Source: Trichormus sp. ATA11-4-KO1
GTDB lineage: Bacteria > Cyanobacteriota > Cyanobacteriia > Cyanobacteriales > Nostocaceae
NCBI GenBank assembly: GCA_019358915.1
Contig: JAHHIM010000003.1
Span: forward strand, 96,001-160,000
Reading direction: 5' to 3'
Length of the DNA: 64,000 nucleotides
Shown: positions 9,014 through 18,276 of the stretch, piece by piece
Layout of the letters: each line of letters starts with the position of its first letter
Numbering within the stretch: the first letter of the stretch is position 1
Position numbers and translations under genes: made by a program
Notes under the pieces: generated by a model
Told to the model about the DNA's origin: nothing
Seen by the model: only the letters and a program-made list of their open reading frames with translations
Database searches by the model: none

Positions 9014-9379
9014 TTAAAAAACTTTGAGCATCCCCGCCCCATGTAGCAAACCCTCGACAGCAGAAGCATTCCATTTACCTTCCGCACAGCGTCCTGTATT
9101 TAGAATCAAGCGCAGATTGTAGGCGTGAGGATAGCCTTCCACCTCCATCCATAATAAATCGCTTTCGGCTTCACAAGCAATCTTCTCCTCATCCATTAAT
9201 TCAGTTGCGAGTTGCTTCATAGTGTCTGCTAGCTGTGTTAGTAGTCGGCAAAAATCATTCAATTCGGCTTCGGTTAACTCGATTGCCCAATCATCTGTAC
9301 CTACTAACCCTTTAAATTCGAGTGCATGAGGATTCCAGCCAATACGCCAACCCAAGCCACTTTTCAACAAACGTTCCAT
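9014..9379 (-). CDS. DUF1818-like conserved protein
   Basis: MERLLKSGLGWRIGW...GLVGTDDWAIELTEAE...LMDEE; the longer ORF start lies inside a repeat. Confidence 0.8.
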   Translation of the reverse strand: MERLLKSGLGWRIGWNPHALEFKGLVGTDDWAIELTEAELNDFCRLLTQLADTMKQLATELMDEEKIACEAESDLLWMEVEGYPHAYNLRLILNTGRCAEGKWNASAVEGLLHGAGMLKVF

Positions 9380-9405
9380 ATAAGAATTTTTGAGGATAAT
9401 TAAAG

Positions 9406-9567
9406 GTTTGTAGTAAGTTAGCGCGGTCTTGGGGGTTTCCCCCATGAGCGACTAATGTAAAGCCCTGACGGGCATAGCTGCGCTTACCGCGCAGCGTGCC
9501 GGAGGCATTACCCGTAGGGTAAGGACTTTAGTCCTCAAAAAAAGGGCTAGAGCCGCTTACTACGAAC
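9406..9567. mobile_element. palindromic element carrying a nested GC-rich insert
   Basis: Same outer arms as 7803-7868; about 100-nt insert 9418-9518 flanked by GTAAG on both sides. Confidence 0.65.
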
Positions 9568-9574
9568 TCAATTT

Positions 9575-11020
9575 CTACTGTTGCGCTTCTGTGGGACGCT
9601 CATTGGGAACAAACTCTCCAGGAGTCGTTTCAATTGCTGGTTTGGTAACTTCAATTCCAGGTACAGGCAAATCGAAATTTGGCCCTCTACGAATAATTCG
9701 ACTACCAAAATAAATGTATGCCACTAGTAACAACATGTAACTGATTGTAAAACCCGTGAGGGATACAAGAACATTACTAGGGGGAAGATGAGAGACAGAA
9801 TCTACAGTGCGAATTTGGCGATAGAGTGTCCACGGCTGTCGCCCAACGCAACGCACAATCCAACCCGTATCGATCGCAATAAATCCTAATGGAGCTGCAA
9901 ACATCCAAGCACGCATCAACCAACGCTGCTGAGTAATATTATCTTGAGAAAGCCTGCCTAGTAACCAATAAATAATGCTGCCAAACATTAATCCGGCTAA
10001 TAAAAAACCAATACCAACCATTATGCGGAAAGAATAGTAAATTAAACCCACAAGGCGGGGACGATCCTCCGGTTTCCATTCCTTCAAACCCAGTACTGGC
10101 TCAGATAACTTTTCTTTAAATTCCAAAATATATCCTAGTGCATTGGGAATGACAAATTCCCAGTCGTTTTTCTCGGCTTTGTTGTTTGGTAATGCCAAAA
10201 GGCTCCAATTGGCAGGCTGTCCACCGGGAATTGTATTCCACTGGGCTTCCATTGCTGCCAGTTTTTCCGGTTGATAATGGTAGACTTGTTCAGCATTCAA
10301 ATGTCCGATATAAATTTGTAGGGGAGCGATCGCGATTACCGCCGCTAGAGCAATCTTGAAAGATTTGGCAAAGAAATCAGGATGACGATTTTTGAGAATA
10401 TACCAGGCACTAATTCCACCTATCACAAATAATGATGTTTCCAGCGTTGCCATAAACATATGGAGAACGCTTTTCACCATGAATGGGTTGACGATCGCCT
10501 GAAAATAATCATGAACCACAAACTTACCATTTACCATTTCTCCGCCTGCTGGTGATTGCATCCAGGAATTCGCTGACAAAATCCAAACCGTGGATAAGTT
10601 AGCACCAATTGCTACCAGAATCGTAGAAAGATAGTGAATTCTCGAATTAACACGCTCCCAACCAAATAACATAATCCCCAGAAATGCGGCTTCTAGCATA
10701 AATGCCCAAGATGCCTCAAACCCAATAACGCTGCCAAAAAAGTTACCAACAGCTTCCGAAAAAGCTGCCCAGTTAGTACCAAACTGAAATTCCATAGGAA
10801 TACCCGTTGCTACACCCACACTGAAGTTGAGGGCATAGAGTTTAGCCCAAAAACGAGCATGATAGTAATATTGAGGATTGCGGGTTTTTAACCATAGTCC
10901 TTCAATCATGACTAAATAAATCCCCACACCTGTTGTCAGTGTAGGCCAAAGCATATGAATAGAAGCCGTCAGCGCAAATTGCATCCGCGACAGTACGACG
11001 GTATTAGATAAAAATTCCAT
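9575..11020 (-). CDS. cydA: cytochrome bd quinol oxidase subunit I
   Basis: SRMQFA..IH, GVATG..MEFQFGTNW, ANSWMQSP, QPEKLAAME, FRIM, GRQPW. Confidence 0.95.
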   Translation of the reverse strand: MEFLSNTVVLSRMQFALTASIHMLWPTLTTGVGIYLVMIEGLWLKTRNPQYYYHARFWAKLYALNFSVGVATGIPMEFQFGTNWAAFSEAVGNFFGSVIGFEASWAFMLEAAFLGIMLFGWERVNSRIHYLSTILVAIGANLSTVWILSANSWMQSPAGGEMVNGKFVVHDYFQAIVNPFMVKSVLHMFMATLETSLFVIGGISAWYILKNRHPDFFAKSFKIALAAVIAIAPLQIYIGHLNAEQVYHYQPEKLAAMEAQWNTIPGGQPANWSLLALPNNKAEKNDWEFVIPNALGYILEFKEKLSEPVLGLKEWKPEDRPRLVGLIYYSFRIMVGIGFLLAGLMFGSIIYWLLGRLSQDNITQQRWLMRAWMFAAPLGFIAIDTGWIVRCVGRQPWTLYRQIRTVDSVSHLPPSNVLVSLTGFTISYMLLLVAYIYFGSRIIRRGPNFDLPVPGIEVTKPAIETTPGEFVPNERPTEAQQ

Positions 11021-11313
11021 GATGATATCTCTATGATGAAGTTAGATCCTATGGCGCTACTCAGATCCACATGATTAAGCTGAGGCGATCGCATCTTCAT
11101 CTATCATCAGACTCATTGCCAAATTGTTATGCTATCTGCTGCTGTGCCTGTTTTGTCGATAAACTCTTATGCAGATGTGCTTTTTATGGTACACCTTAGC
11201 TCGACTTTATCCATTGTGGCTTATCTGCTTAATGTATAACCGCATACTTGATATATGGTTCCAGAAAATTAGGAGTTACGTAGACTCCTTGCGTTGGTCT
11301 GAGGGAAACAAAT

Positions 11314-12300
11314 ATGAAGAATCTAAAAAAAATTCTTTGGATTTTACCTACAAGTGCCGTATTGGTAGGGCTGTATTCTAGCAAAGTAATTGCAGATAAC
11401 AATATTTCGCCTCCTGTTACACAAAATGGCGTGACTTCTTTTATTTCATGTCTAACTGAACCAGGTGGCTATTATGTTGGGTCTTGGACTGTACGGCATG
11501 ACCCAACGAGTGACAAAATAACTTACGTTGATATTGTTGAGTACTTTCAAGGAGGCGTTTATCAAACATTTTCATATTTGGTTAATCCACCACTAACAGT
11601 AGTAAAAAACGTAGAAAACCTTGTGCAACAAGCAATGAGCAAATATGAACAAGACAACTATCAAGGGGCATTGAGCGATTACAATCAAATTATCCAGCTT
11701 GAGCCAAACAATGAATGGCATTACTTCAATCGTGGTCAAATTCGGCGATTAATGAAAGACAAGAAAGGAGCAGCAGAAGATTTTCAAGAAGCGATAAAGC
11801 TTAATCCAACAGAGGCATCAGCATACAACATGCTAGGTATCACTCTTCAAGAACTGGGAAAAATAGAAGAAGGTGTTGAAATTTTTACTCAAGGTATAAG
11901 AACAGTTCCTGAACTAAATAAAAAAGAAAGAAAATCTCTTTATGCCAACCGAGCAAGCGCATATATGCGTTTAAACAACTGGCAAGCAGCTCTAGAAAAC
12001 CTTCATAAAGTAATCGAACTTGACCCAAGTGCTGCCCATTATTACACAAGCAGGGGAAAAGTACGCGGAAAATTAGGCGATATGCAAGGAGCAGAAGCTG
12101 ATTTAAGTGAAGCAGACCGAATGAAGCCAGATAATAGCTCTCTGCAATTATCAATAGGCACTATATATGAAGAGATGGGAATGAAGAAAAAAGCAATAGA
12201 GCATTATCAAAAAGCGACTCAAATTGCTACAAAAGAAGGTGACACACGAATGCAACAGTTGATACAGGAAGCGTTGCAAAGCGCGTATCTGGGACTTTAG
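11314..12300 (+). CDS. secreted TPR-repeat protein
   Basis: Signal-peptide-like N-terminus; GALSDYNQIIQLEP..YFNRG-type TPR repeats; GAGGG RBS. Confidence 0.85.
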   Translation: MKNLKKILWILPTSAVLVGLYSSKVIADNNISPPVTQNGVTSFISCLTEPGGYYVGSWTVRHDPTSDKITYVDIVEYFQGGVYQTFSYLVNPPLTVVKNVENLVQQAMSKYEQDNYQGALSDYNQIIQLEPNNEWHYFNRGQIRRLMKDKKGAAEDFQEAIKLNPTEASAYNMLGITLQELGKIEEGVEIFTQGIRTVPELNKKERKSLYANRASAYMRLNNWQAALENLHKVIELDPSAAHYYTSRGKVRGKLGDMQGAEADLSEADRMKPDNSSLQLSIGTIYEEMGMKKKAIEHYQKATQIATKEGDTRMQQLIQEALQSAYLGL

Positions 12301-12349
12301 TCCTCTTTCTCCTGTGGTCGTCGTTGAGCGCAAAGCACACGCTACCCGT

Positions 12350-12409
12350 ACCCACACCGAAATTGAGGGCATAAAGTTTAGCCCAAAAACGAGCATGATA
12401 GTAATGTTG
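12350..12409 (-). pseudogene. 60-bp cydA fragment
   Basis: 56/60 identical to cydA 10814-10873; reads QHYYHARFWAKLYALNFGVG. Confidence 0.85.
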
Positions 12410-12462
12410 TATACCTTATTTATTTGAAATTTGCTGTATTATGTGATTTGGGCACTAAAGCT

Positions 12463-12588
12463 TCACCGTTGCGCGATCGCCTTTTGATTAATCTGTGAAT
12501 AGCCAGTAACCGCGATCGCCGCACTAACCCCAACAATTCCCATCAAGTGAGTCAACTTTTTAGCCAAGTTTTCATCTGCTAAATTCAT
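12463..12588 (-). pseudogene. 41-aa signal-peptide-only ORF, likely a truncated secreted-protein gene
   Basis: AGGA RBS overlapping the ctaD stop; LAKKL+hydrophobic core+AIAQ, then a stop just after a HIP1 site. Confidence 0.45.
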
Positions 12589-12601
12589 GTAGTTAACATT
12601 C

Positions 12602-14326
12602 CTATGTAGACGATTTTTGTTCAGAGTTTTGGTTGTCATCGGCATGACTTGCAACGGCTAGATCAGGCTGAGGATTTTCTTGATCTGAGCGGCCGTTCGC
12701 TGCAGATGCACGCACGCCGTAATGGTAAGGGTGTACGGCTAAAACTGGTTGAGTTTTAAAGTTTTCTGGTGGTGGTGGTGAGGTTGTCATCCATTCAAAA
12801 GTCAGACCTTGCCAAGGGTTATCAGGTGCTTTTTTGCCGTATAGCCAGCTATGGCAAACATTAACCAGGAAAGGTAGGGTAGAAATTGCCAGTAAGACTG
12901 CACCGATAGAACAAATAAGATTGAGGTCGGCAAATTTAGGGTCATACACAGCAATTCGCCTTCTCATCCCTTGCATACCCAACTCGTGCATAGGGAAAAA
13001 TGCCAGATTGAAGCCGATATATGTCAGGACAAAGTGAATTTTGCCTAAGGTTTCATCTAACATTCGCCCGGTCATTTTGGGAAACCAATGATAAATGCCG
13101 GCATACAAACCAAAGACACTACCACCAAATAAAACGTAGTGCAGGTGAGCCACAACGAAATAGCTATCATGGACGTGAATGTCGAAGGGAACCGCAGCTG
13201 TCATCACGCCACTAATTCCACCAATGACAAACACGGAAATCAAGCCCATGGCAAATAACATCGCAGTCCGAAAGTGGATTTTGCCCGACCAGAGGGTTCC
13301 TAACCAGCTAAATACTTTAATCCCTGTGGGTACGGCAATAACCATGGTGGTAATCATGAAAAACATTCGCACCCATCCAGGTGTCCCAGTGGTAAACATA
13401 TGGTGCGCCCAGACAATGAGAGATAAACAGGCGATCGCAATACTGGAATAAGCAACGGCTAGATAACCAAAAATTGGCTTGCGGGCGTGAACTGGCAAGA
13501 TTTCTGAGATCATCCCTTGGACTGGGAGAATCATGATATACACAGCCGGGTGTGAATAATACCAGAACATGTGTTGGTAGACTACAGGGTCTCCGCCACC
13601 TGTGGGGTTGTAGAATGTCGTACCCGCCAAAAGGTCAAAAGCCAGTAAAATCAAAGCCGCAGCGAGTACAGGGGTTGCTAGCAGTGTTAAACCAGAAGTT
13701 CCTAACATTGCCCAGCAAAATAAAGGCATTTGATTTAGCCTCATTCCTGGTGTCCGCATTTTGAGAATCGTTACCAGAAAATTTAGCCCTGCCATGATTG
13801 AGGAGGTTCCCAGTAAAATCAGGCTGAAAATCCACATGGCTTCACCGGCTTGACTCATGATCAGACTTAGCGGTGGATAGGATGTCCAACCAGCCTGGGG
13901 TGGATCTACAAAGAAACTCGCTAGAAGCAAAAGGCCAGCTGGCGGGACAAGCCAAAAGGCGATCGCATTCAATCGCGGGAAAGCCATATCACGCGCCCCA
14001 ATTAATAGCGGCACTAAAAAGTTACCAAATCCCCCCGTCCCAGCCGGGATAATCCACAGAAAAATCATCACAGTTCCGTGGAGGGTAAATAAACCGCTAT
14101 AAAATTCAGGACTAACTAAGTCTGACTCTGGTGTTGCTAGTTCACTACGAATTAAAGTTGCCAACGCACCACCAAATAGATAAAAAACAAAACTTGTAAC
14201 TAAGTATTGAATGCCAATAACTTTATGGTCAGTGCTAAAACTAAAATATTCTCGCCAATTTCTCACTGGCAATTCTTCACCATGAGCAGCAATATTAGCA
14301 GTTTCTTGTACTTGTATTTGTGTCAT
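12602..14326 (-). CDS. ctaD: heme-copper oxidase subunit I (A2-type), stand-alone paralog
   Basis: HGTVMIF, YSHPAVY, WAHHMF, PTGIK, HDSYFVVAHLHY: all six His ligands, cross-link Tyr, and D/K-channel motifs. Confidence 0.95.
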   Translation of the reverse strand: MTQIQVQETANIAAHGEELPVRNWREYFSFSTDHKVIGIQYLVTSFVFYLFGGALATLIRSELATPESDLVSPEFYSGLFTLHGTVMIFLWIIPAGTGGFGNFLVPLLIGARDMAFPRLNAIAFWLVPPAGLLLLASFFVDPPQAGWTSYPPLSLIMSQAGEAMWIFSLILLGTSSIMAGLNFLVTILKMRTPGMRLNQMPLFCWAMLGTSGLTLLATPVLAAALILLAFDLLAGTTFYNPTGGGDPVVYQHMFWYYSHPAVYIMILPVQGMISEILPVHARKPIFGYLAVAYSSIAIACLSLIVWAHHMFTTGTPGWVRMFFMITTMVIAVPTGIKVFSWLGTLWSGKIHFRTAMLFAMGLISVFVIGGISGVMTAAVPFDIHVHDSYFVVAHLHYVLFGGSVFGLYAGIYHWFPKMTGRMLDETLGKIHFVLTYIGFNLAFFPMHELGMQGMRRRIAVYDPKFADLNLICSIGAVLLAISTLPFLVNVCHSWLYGKKAPDNPWQGLTFEWMTTSPPPPENFKTQPVLAVHPYHYGVRASAANGRSDQENPQPDLAVASHADDNQNSEQKSST

Positions 14327-14352
14327 GATCAATAAAAATTAGCTACTAGCAA

Positions 14353-14958
14353 TTACTGATTAGTATCATTGGTATCTTCTACAGCTTGCTGTAAAATCTC
14401 CGTTGGTAAAACACCAACTCGATGAGCATCATCAGGAACTCCGTGAGGATCTAAGACTCCTTGAGGCAAGTACACTAATTCTCGTAGTGGTGTCACCATC
14501 GGATCTTCGGTAACTTTGTAAGGTAGTCTTCCCATTGCCACGTTGTCATGATTCAATTCGTGGCGGTCATAAGTACAAAGATCATATTCCTCAGTAAATG
14601 ACAGACAGTTTGTTGGACAAAATTCCACACAGTTGCCACAGAAAATGCAAACTCCAAAGTCAATACTGTAATGCTTGAGTTCTTTCTTTTTATATTCTTT
14701 ATTAAATTCCCAATCTACCACTGGGAGGTTAATAGGGCAGACTCGAACACAAACTTCGCAAGAAATACATTTATCAAATTCAAAGTGAATTCTCCCTCGG
14801 AAGCGTTCAGAGGGAATCAGTTTTTCGTAAGGATATTGCACAGTAATGGGACGACGACCCATATGGTCGAAAGTCACCGATAATCCTTGTCCAATATAGC
14901 GACCTGCTTGCAAAGTTTGTTTGGCGTAATCACCAACTGGTTTGAGAAACTTAAACAT
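14353..14958 (-). CDS. ndhI: NDH-1 subunit I, stand-alone paralog
   Basis: [28 protein letters not shown] and [12 protein letters not shown] 4Fe-4S motifs. Confidence 0.95.
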   Translation of the reverse strand: MFKFLKPVGDYAKQTLQAGRYIGQGLSVTFDHMGRRPITVQYPYEKLIPSERFRGRIHFEFDKCISCEVCVRVCPINLPVVDWEFNKEYKKKELKHYSIDFGVCIFCGNCVEFCPTNCLSFTEEYDLCTYDRHELNHDNVAMGRLPYKVTEDPMVTPLRELVYLPQGVLDPHGVPDDAHRVGVLPTEILQQAVEDTNDTNQ

Positions 14959-15125
14959 GAGTAAACTAGTCTCAGCTAAGAACACTACTAATCAGCACGG
15001 TAATAGTTGCTGTTAACAGTAACTTCCGTCAAACGGCAGGCTAAATGTTAAGTTTGAGTGTGAGTCAAAATACAAATTTCTGTTTAAATATTGCCTGTTT
15101 TAGCAAAAAATATTGTAGTAGCGTG

Positions 15126-15219
15126 ACCAGACTAAAATAGAGCAATAAGATTTTCTTGTGGAACAGGCAGCTTGACTGTTCTATAAGAATTATTTTTATG
15201 CATTAAATTAGTCTGATCT
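15126..15219. repeat. long imperfect palindrome (REP/MITE-like)
   Basis: CAGACTAA...TTAGTCTG outer arms; TTCTTGTGGAACAG...CTGTTCTATAAGAA inner arms. Confidence 0.5.
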
Positions 15220-15443
15220 CGCCAGTAGTTAAAGCAAATAAGTTATGAATTTATTCAAGAAATAAATGCAATATTTATATCAGCAGAAAATACTACATTT
15301 TAATTAAGCTAAAGATAAAACTCAGCCAAATATTTATTTTGGTAATTAATTCGGAGGTGATAAATACAACTTATGAGTGTAAATTTTATTTTACTTGTTG
15401 ATTTCAGGCGATCGCATAGCTATAGAATTCTTTGATATCAAAG

Positions 15444-15480
15444 AAAAATCTGAGTAACGACAACCGTTACTCAGATTTTT
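15444..15480. terminator. perfect 16-bp hairpin with A/T tails
   Basis: AAAAATCTGAGTAACG-ACAAC-CGTTACTCAGATTTTT; lies between divergent genes, so its transcript is unknown. Confidence 0.5.
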
Positions 15481-15753
15481 AGTGTTGTTCTGTGTCTTGA
15501 GTAACTACATCGGCAATTATTGAAATTTCGCCAAATCGATCAATTCAGGCTAAAACAAAATTTTTAGTCACATTTAGGTTGACTTAACTTTAATTTATAG
15601 AGTAAGATTATAGATTGTCTGTCTAATTCCTGCTCGGATCAGGTAGACATATATTACAAAAGCTAGCAACAGCGATTCATTAAAGCAAGATGAATCGCAT
15701 CTCTACAAGAGATAAAAGCCAGCTACCTGTACGGCAACTTCAAGGACAATTCC

Positions 15754-16152
15754 ATGACCTACGCAATTATTGAAACTGGTGGCAAGCAACTCAAAGTTGA
15801 GCCAGGGCGCTTTTACGACATAGAACTGCTGCATATCGAAGCGGACGAAAAAGTTACAATAGATTCAGTATTACTAGTACAGCACGATGGTGAAGTCACC
15901 ATTGGACAGCCTTTAGTAGCAGGGGCGACTGTAGAAGGAACAGTGGTCAGGAATCTTAGAGGTCGCAAAGTCCTGGTATATAAAATGAAGCCGAAAAAGA
16001 AAACCCGCAAAAAACGGGGGCATCGCCAGGAAATTACTAGACTAATGATTAATTCCATCACCCTCAATGGTACGGTGTTCGCAGCAGATGAATCTCTATC
16101 TGCTGAGTCTCCCGTCACTGATGATCTCCCCGTAGAAGCTACTGTTGAATAA
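15754..16152 (+). CDS. rplU: 50S ribosomal protein L21
   Basis: YAIIETGGKQ, KVLVYKMKPKK, GHRQ. Confidence 0.98.
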   Translation: MTYAIIETGGKQLKVEPGRFYDIELLHIEADEKVTIDSVLLVQHDGEVTIGQPLVAGATVEGTVVRNLRGRKVLVYKMKPKKKTRKKRGHRQEITRLMINSITLNGTVFAADESLSAESPVTDDLPVEATVE

Positions 16153-16180
16153 TTAAAGAGAAGAAACAAAAGAGGAAATT

Positions 16181-16462
16181 ATGGCTCATAAGAAAGGAAC
16201 AGGTAGTACACGCAACGGTCGTGACTCTAATGCCCAGCGTCTGGGTGTTAAGCGTTACGGTGGTCAAGCTGTGCGGGCGGGAAACATTCTCGTGCGTCAG
16301 CGTGGCACCAAATTCCATCCTGGTAGCAATGTCGGCATCGGTAGTGATGATACTTTGTTTGCCTTAGTTGATGGTGTGGTAACGTTTGAGAGAAAAGGCA
16401 AAACCCGCAAAAAAATTAGTGTTTATCCAGTTGCTGCCGCAGTTGAAGCAGTGGCTGTTTAA
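16181..16462 (+). CDS. rpmA: 50S ribosomal protein L27
   Basis: [26 protein letters not shown]. Confidence 0.98.
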   Translation: MAHKKGTGSTRNGRDSNAQRLGVKRYGGQAVRAGNILVRQRGTKFHPGSNVGIGSDDTLFALVDGVVTFERKGKTRKKISVYPVAAAVEAVAV

Positions 16463-16468
16463 AGTATG

Positions 16469-16489
16469 AGGGTGGGTGTTTCCCACCCT
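16469..16489. terminator. hairpin after rpmA
   Basis: AGGGTGGG-TGTTT-CCCACCCT. Confidence 0.5.
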
Positions 16490-16532
16490 GCAACCTACTG
16501 GTAAGAGTAAAATTTGTCACTTTGGCAATTAC

Positions 16533-17000
16533 TTACCATAGCTGCTGTAAAAATCCCATGTGCAGGACTTTACCCAAAGCTAAACCGACTAAGGAAAATA
16601 TAAAAGTAAATAGAAAAGCTTGCCCTTGCGTAAACCCAGCTGTCTGAAAGTCAATTCTCGCTAAGATAGCCGCAGAAACAATGAGCAAGGTATCAAGAAA
16701 TAAGCGAAACCAAGCAAGCATGAGGAAAAATAAGAATGCGCCCACAACAGCAACGGCAAAAGACTTAAGATTTGACCGAAATAGTAAAGTATAGTAATTT
16801 GCCATTGCTGACCAAGGAGTAGTCAAGCTTCCCACTAATAGCAAGATACCAAGCATCAAGACTATCCATACCAACACAGGGGCTTGTGTTTCGGATAAAA
16901 ACCAACCCAATGTACTGTAGCTAAGTAACACAAGTACCAAGGAAATCCAGGGAAGTCTTTTGACAATTGACATGGATTGGTGTGGCCATGAGCGGCTCAA
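16533..17000 (-). CDS. hypothetical multi-pass membrane protein
   Basis: Four to five hydrophobic segments; start uncertain. Confidence 0.7.
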   Translation of the reverse strand: MSRSWPHQSMSIVKRLPWISLVLVLLSYSTLGWFLSETQAPVLVWIVLMLGILLLVGSLTTPWSAMANYYTLLFRSNLKSFAVAVVGAFLFFLMLAWFRLFLDTLLIVSAAILARIDFQTAGFTQGQAFLFTFIFSLVGLALGKVLHMGFLQQLW

Positions 17001-17285
17001 GCTGTTATCTCACAGGTTTTTGGTGCAACCAAAGGCCTTGTTTTACTTTAATTTTTATCTACTCTAAAATATACTGCTGTATATAGATTTTGACTACTAT
17101 GGCTTAGACTATAAGTCTATCATCCTATTTTTTCTAGATTCAATCAATGGGCTGTTATGCTCTGGGCACGAAAGCCAAACTACTTTCCAGAGAATTACAG
17201 CATGAACTAGTTAAATATTTTCGTAAATATTTGTAAACTGTTAGCAGCCGAGTAGCCACGTGTCACATCTTGTTAAGGACTTATC

Positions 17286-18194
17286 ATGAAACAACTTGTT
17301 ATCGCCGAACGCGTATGCCTCATTGGTCATATCGTGTCAATGGTGTTTGGTTTAGTAGGCATACTACTAGTTATACCTAACGCCGAAGTAATTTTACACC
17401 TGTCTGAGGTGGGACAGACCGCCATGCAGTGGAGTATGGCTGGTGGTGGTGTAGTTTATATCATCTTGGGTACAGCAGCCGTATTTTTGTATGGTTTGCG
17501 GACGTTGGGTTTGGGTCGCATTTTGGCATTTATGCTGCCCGCAATTTTGATCTCCTTAACTAGTGAATTACTAGGAACCAGTACGGGATTTCCGTTTGGT
17601 CACTACAGCTACCTGAGTGGCTTGGGCTATAAAATTGGTGGTTTAGTACCATTTACAATTCCCTTGTCATGGTTTTACGTGGGATGTGTTTCTTATTTGC
17701 TAGCGCGTGCTGGTTTAGAAGTGGATACAAAGCCTAGTTGGTGGCGTCACATAGGTGCAATCAGTTTAGGTTCTTTGCTGCTAACTTGTTGGGATTTTGT
17801 GCTTGACCCGGCTATGAGCCAAACCTCTCTCCCCTTTTGGTATTGGCAACAACCAGGTGCTTTCTTTGGTATGCCTTATCAAAACTTTGCTGGCTGGTTG
17901 GGTACTGGAGCAGTGTTTATAACTGTGGCAGCCTTGCTATGGAAAAACAATCCTGTTAAATTTGAGCGATCGCAGCTCAATTTACCCTTGGCGGTTTATT
18001 TAAGTAATTTTGGCTTTGCTACAGTTATGAGCTTGGCTGCTGGATTCTCCATTCCTGTATTACTAGGTTTGCTGCTAGGTGTAGCTCCAGCTATGGTGTT
18101 TTGGTTAAAAGGATCAGCTGCATCTGCTCAAGTTAATCCTGAGCCAACAAATAATGAAGTTTCAGTAGCAAGTATCAAAGTTGCTTTGAAATAA
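17286..18194 (+). CDS. cruF: carotenoid 1'-hydroxylase/hydratase CruF
   Basis: SELLGTSTGFPFGHYSY, WDFVLDPAM, GMPYQNFAGW; adjacent to cruG. Confidence 0.9.
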   Translation: MKQLVIAERVCLIGHIVSMVFGLVGILLVIPNAEVILHLSEVGQTAMQWSMAGGGVVYIILGTAAVFLYGLRTLGLGRILAFMLPAILISLTSELLGTSTGFPFGHYSYLSGLGYKIGGLVPFTIPLSWFYVGCVSYLLARAGLEVDTKPSWWRHIGAISLGSLLLTCWDFVLDPAMSQTSLPFWYWQQPGAFFGMPYQNFAGWLGTGAVFITVAALLWKNNPVKFERSQLNLPLAVYLSNFGFATVMSLAAGFSIPVLLGLLLGVAPAMVFWLKGSAASAQVNPEPTNNEVSVASIKVALK

Positions 18195-18276
18195 TTAGAA
18201 ACTGGGGACTAGGGGGACAAAAAAAGAAATTTTACTTCCCCAATGCCCAATGCCCAATGCTCAATAACATTCCCCA

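Noticed and set aside
8815..9074. Two short ORFs
   Set aside because: They overlap tRNA-Pro and are translations of the tRNA sequence.
12151..12396. 81-aa minus-strand ORF
   Set aside because: Off-frame reading of the cydA scar running antisense into the TPR gene.
8890..15480. tRNA-Pro-anchored integrative element carrying the respiratory cluster
   Set aside because: No integrase and no duplicated tRNA 3' end seen; the cluster lies on the 5' side of the tRNA.
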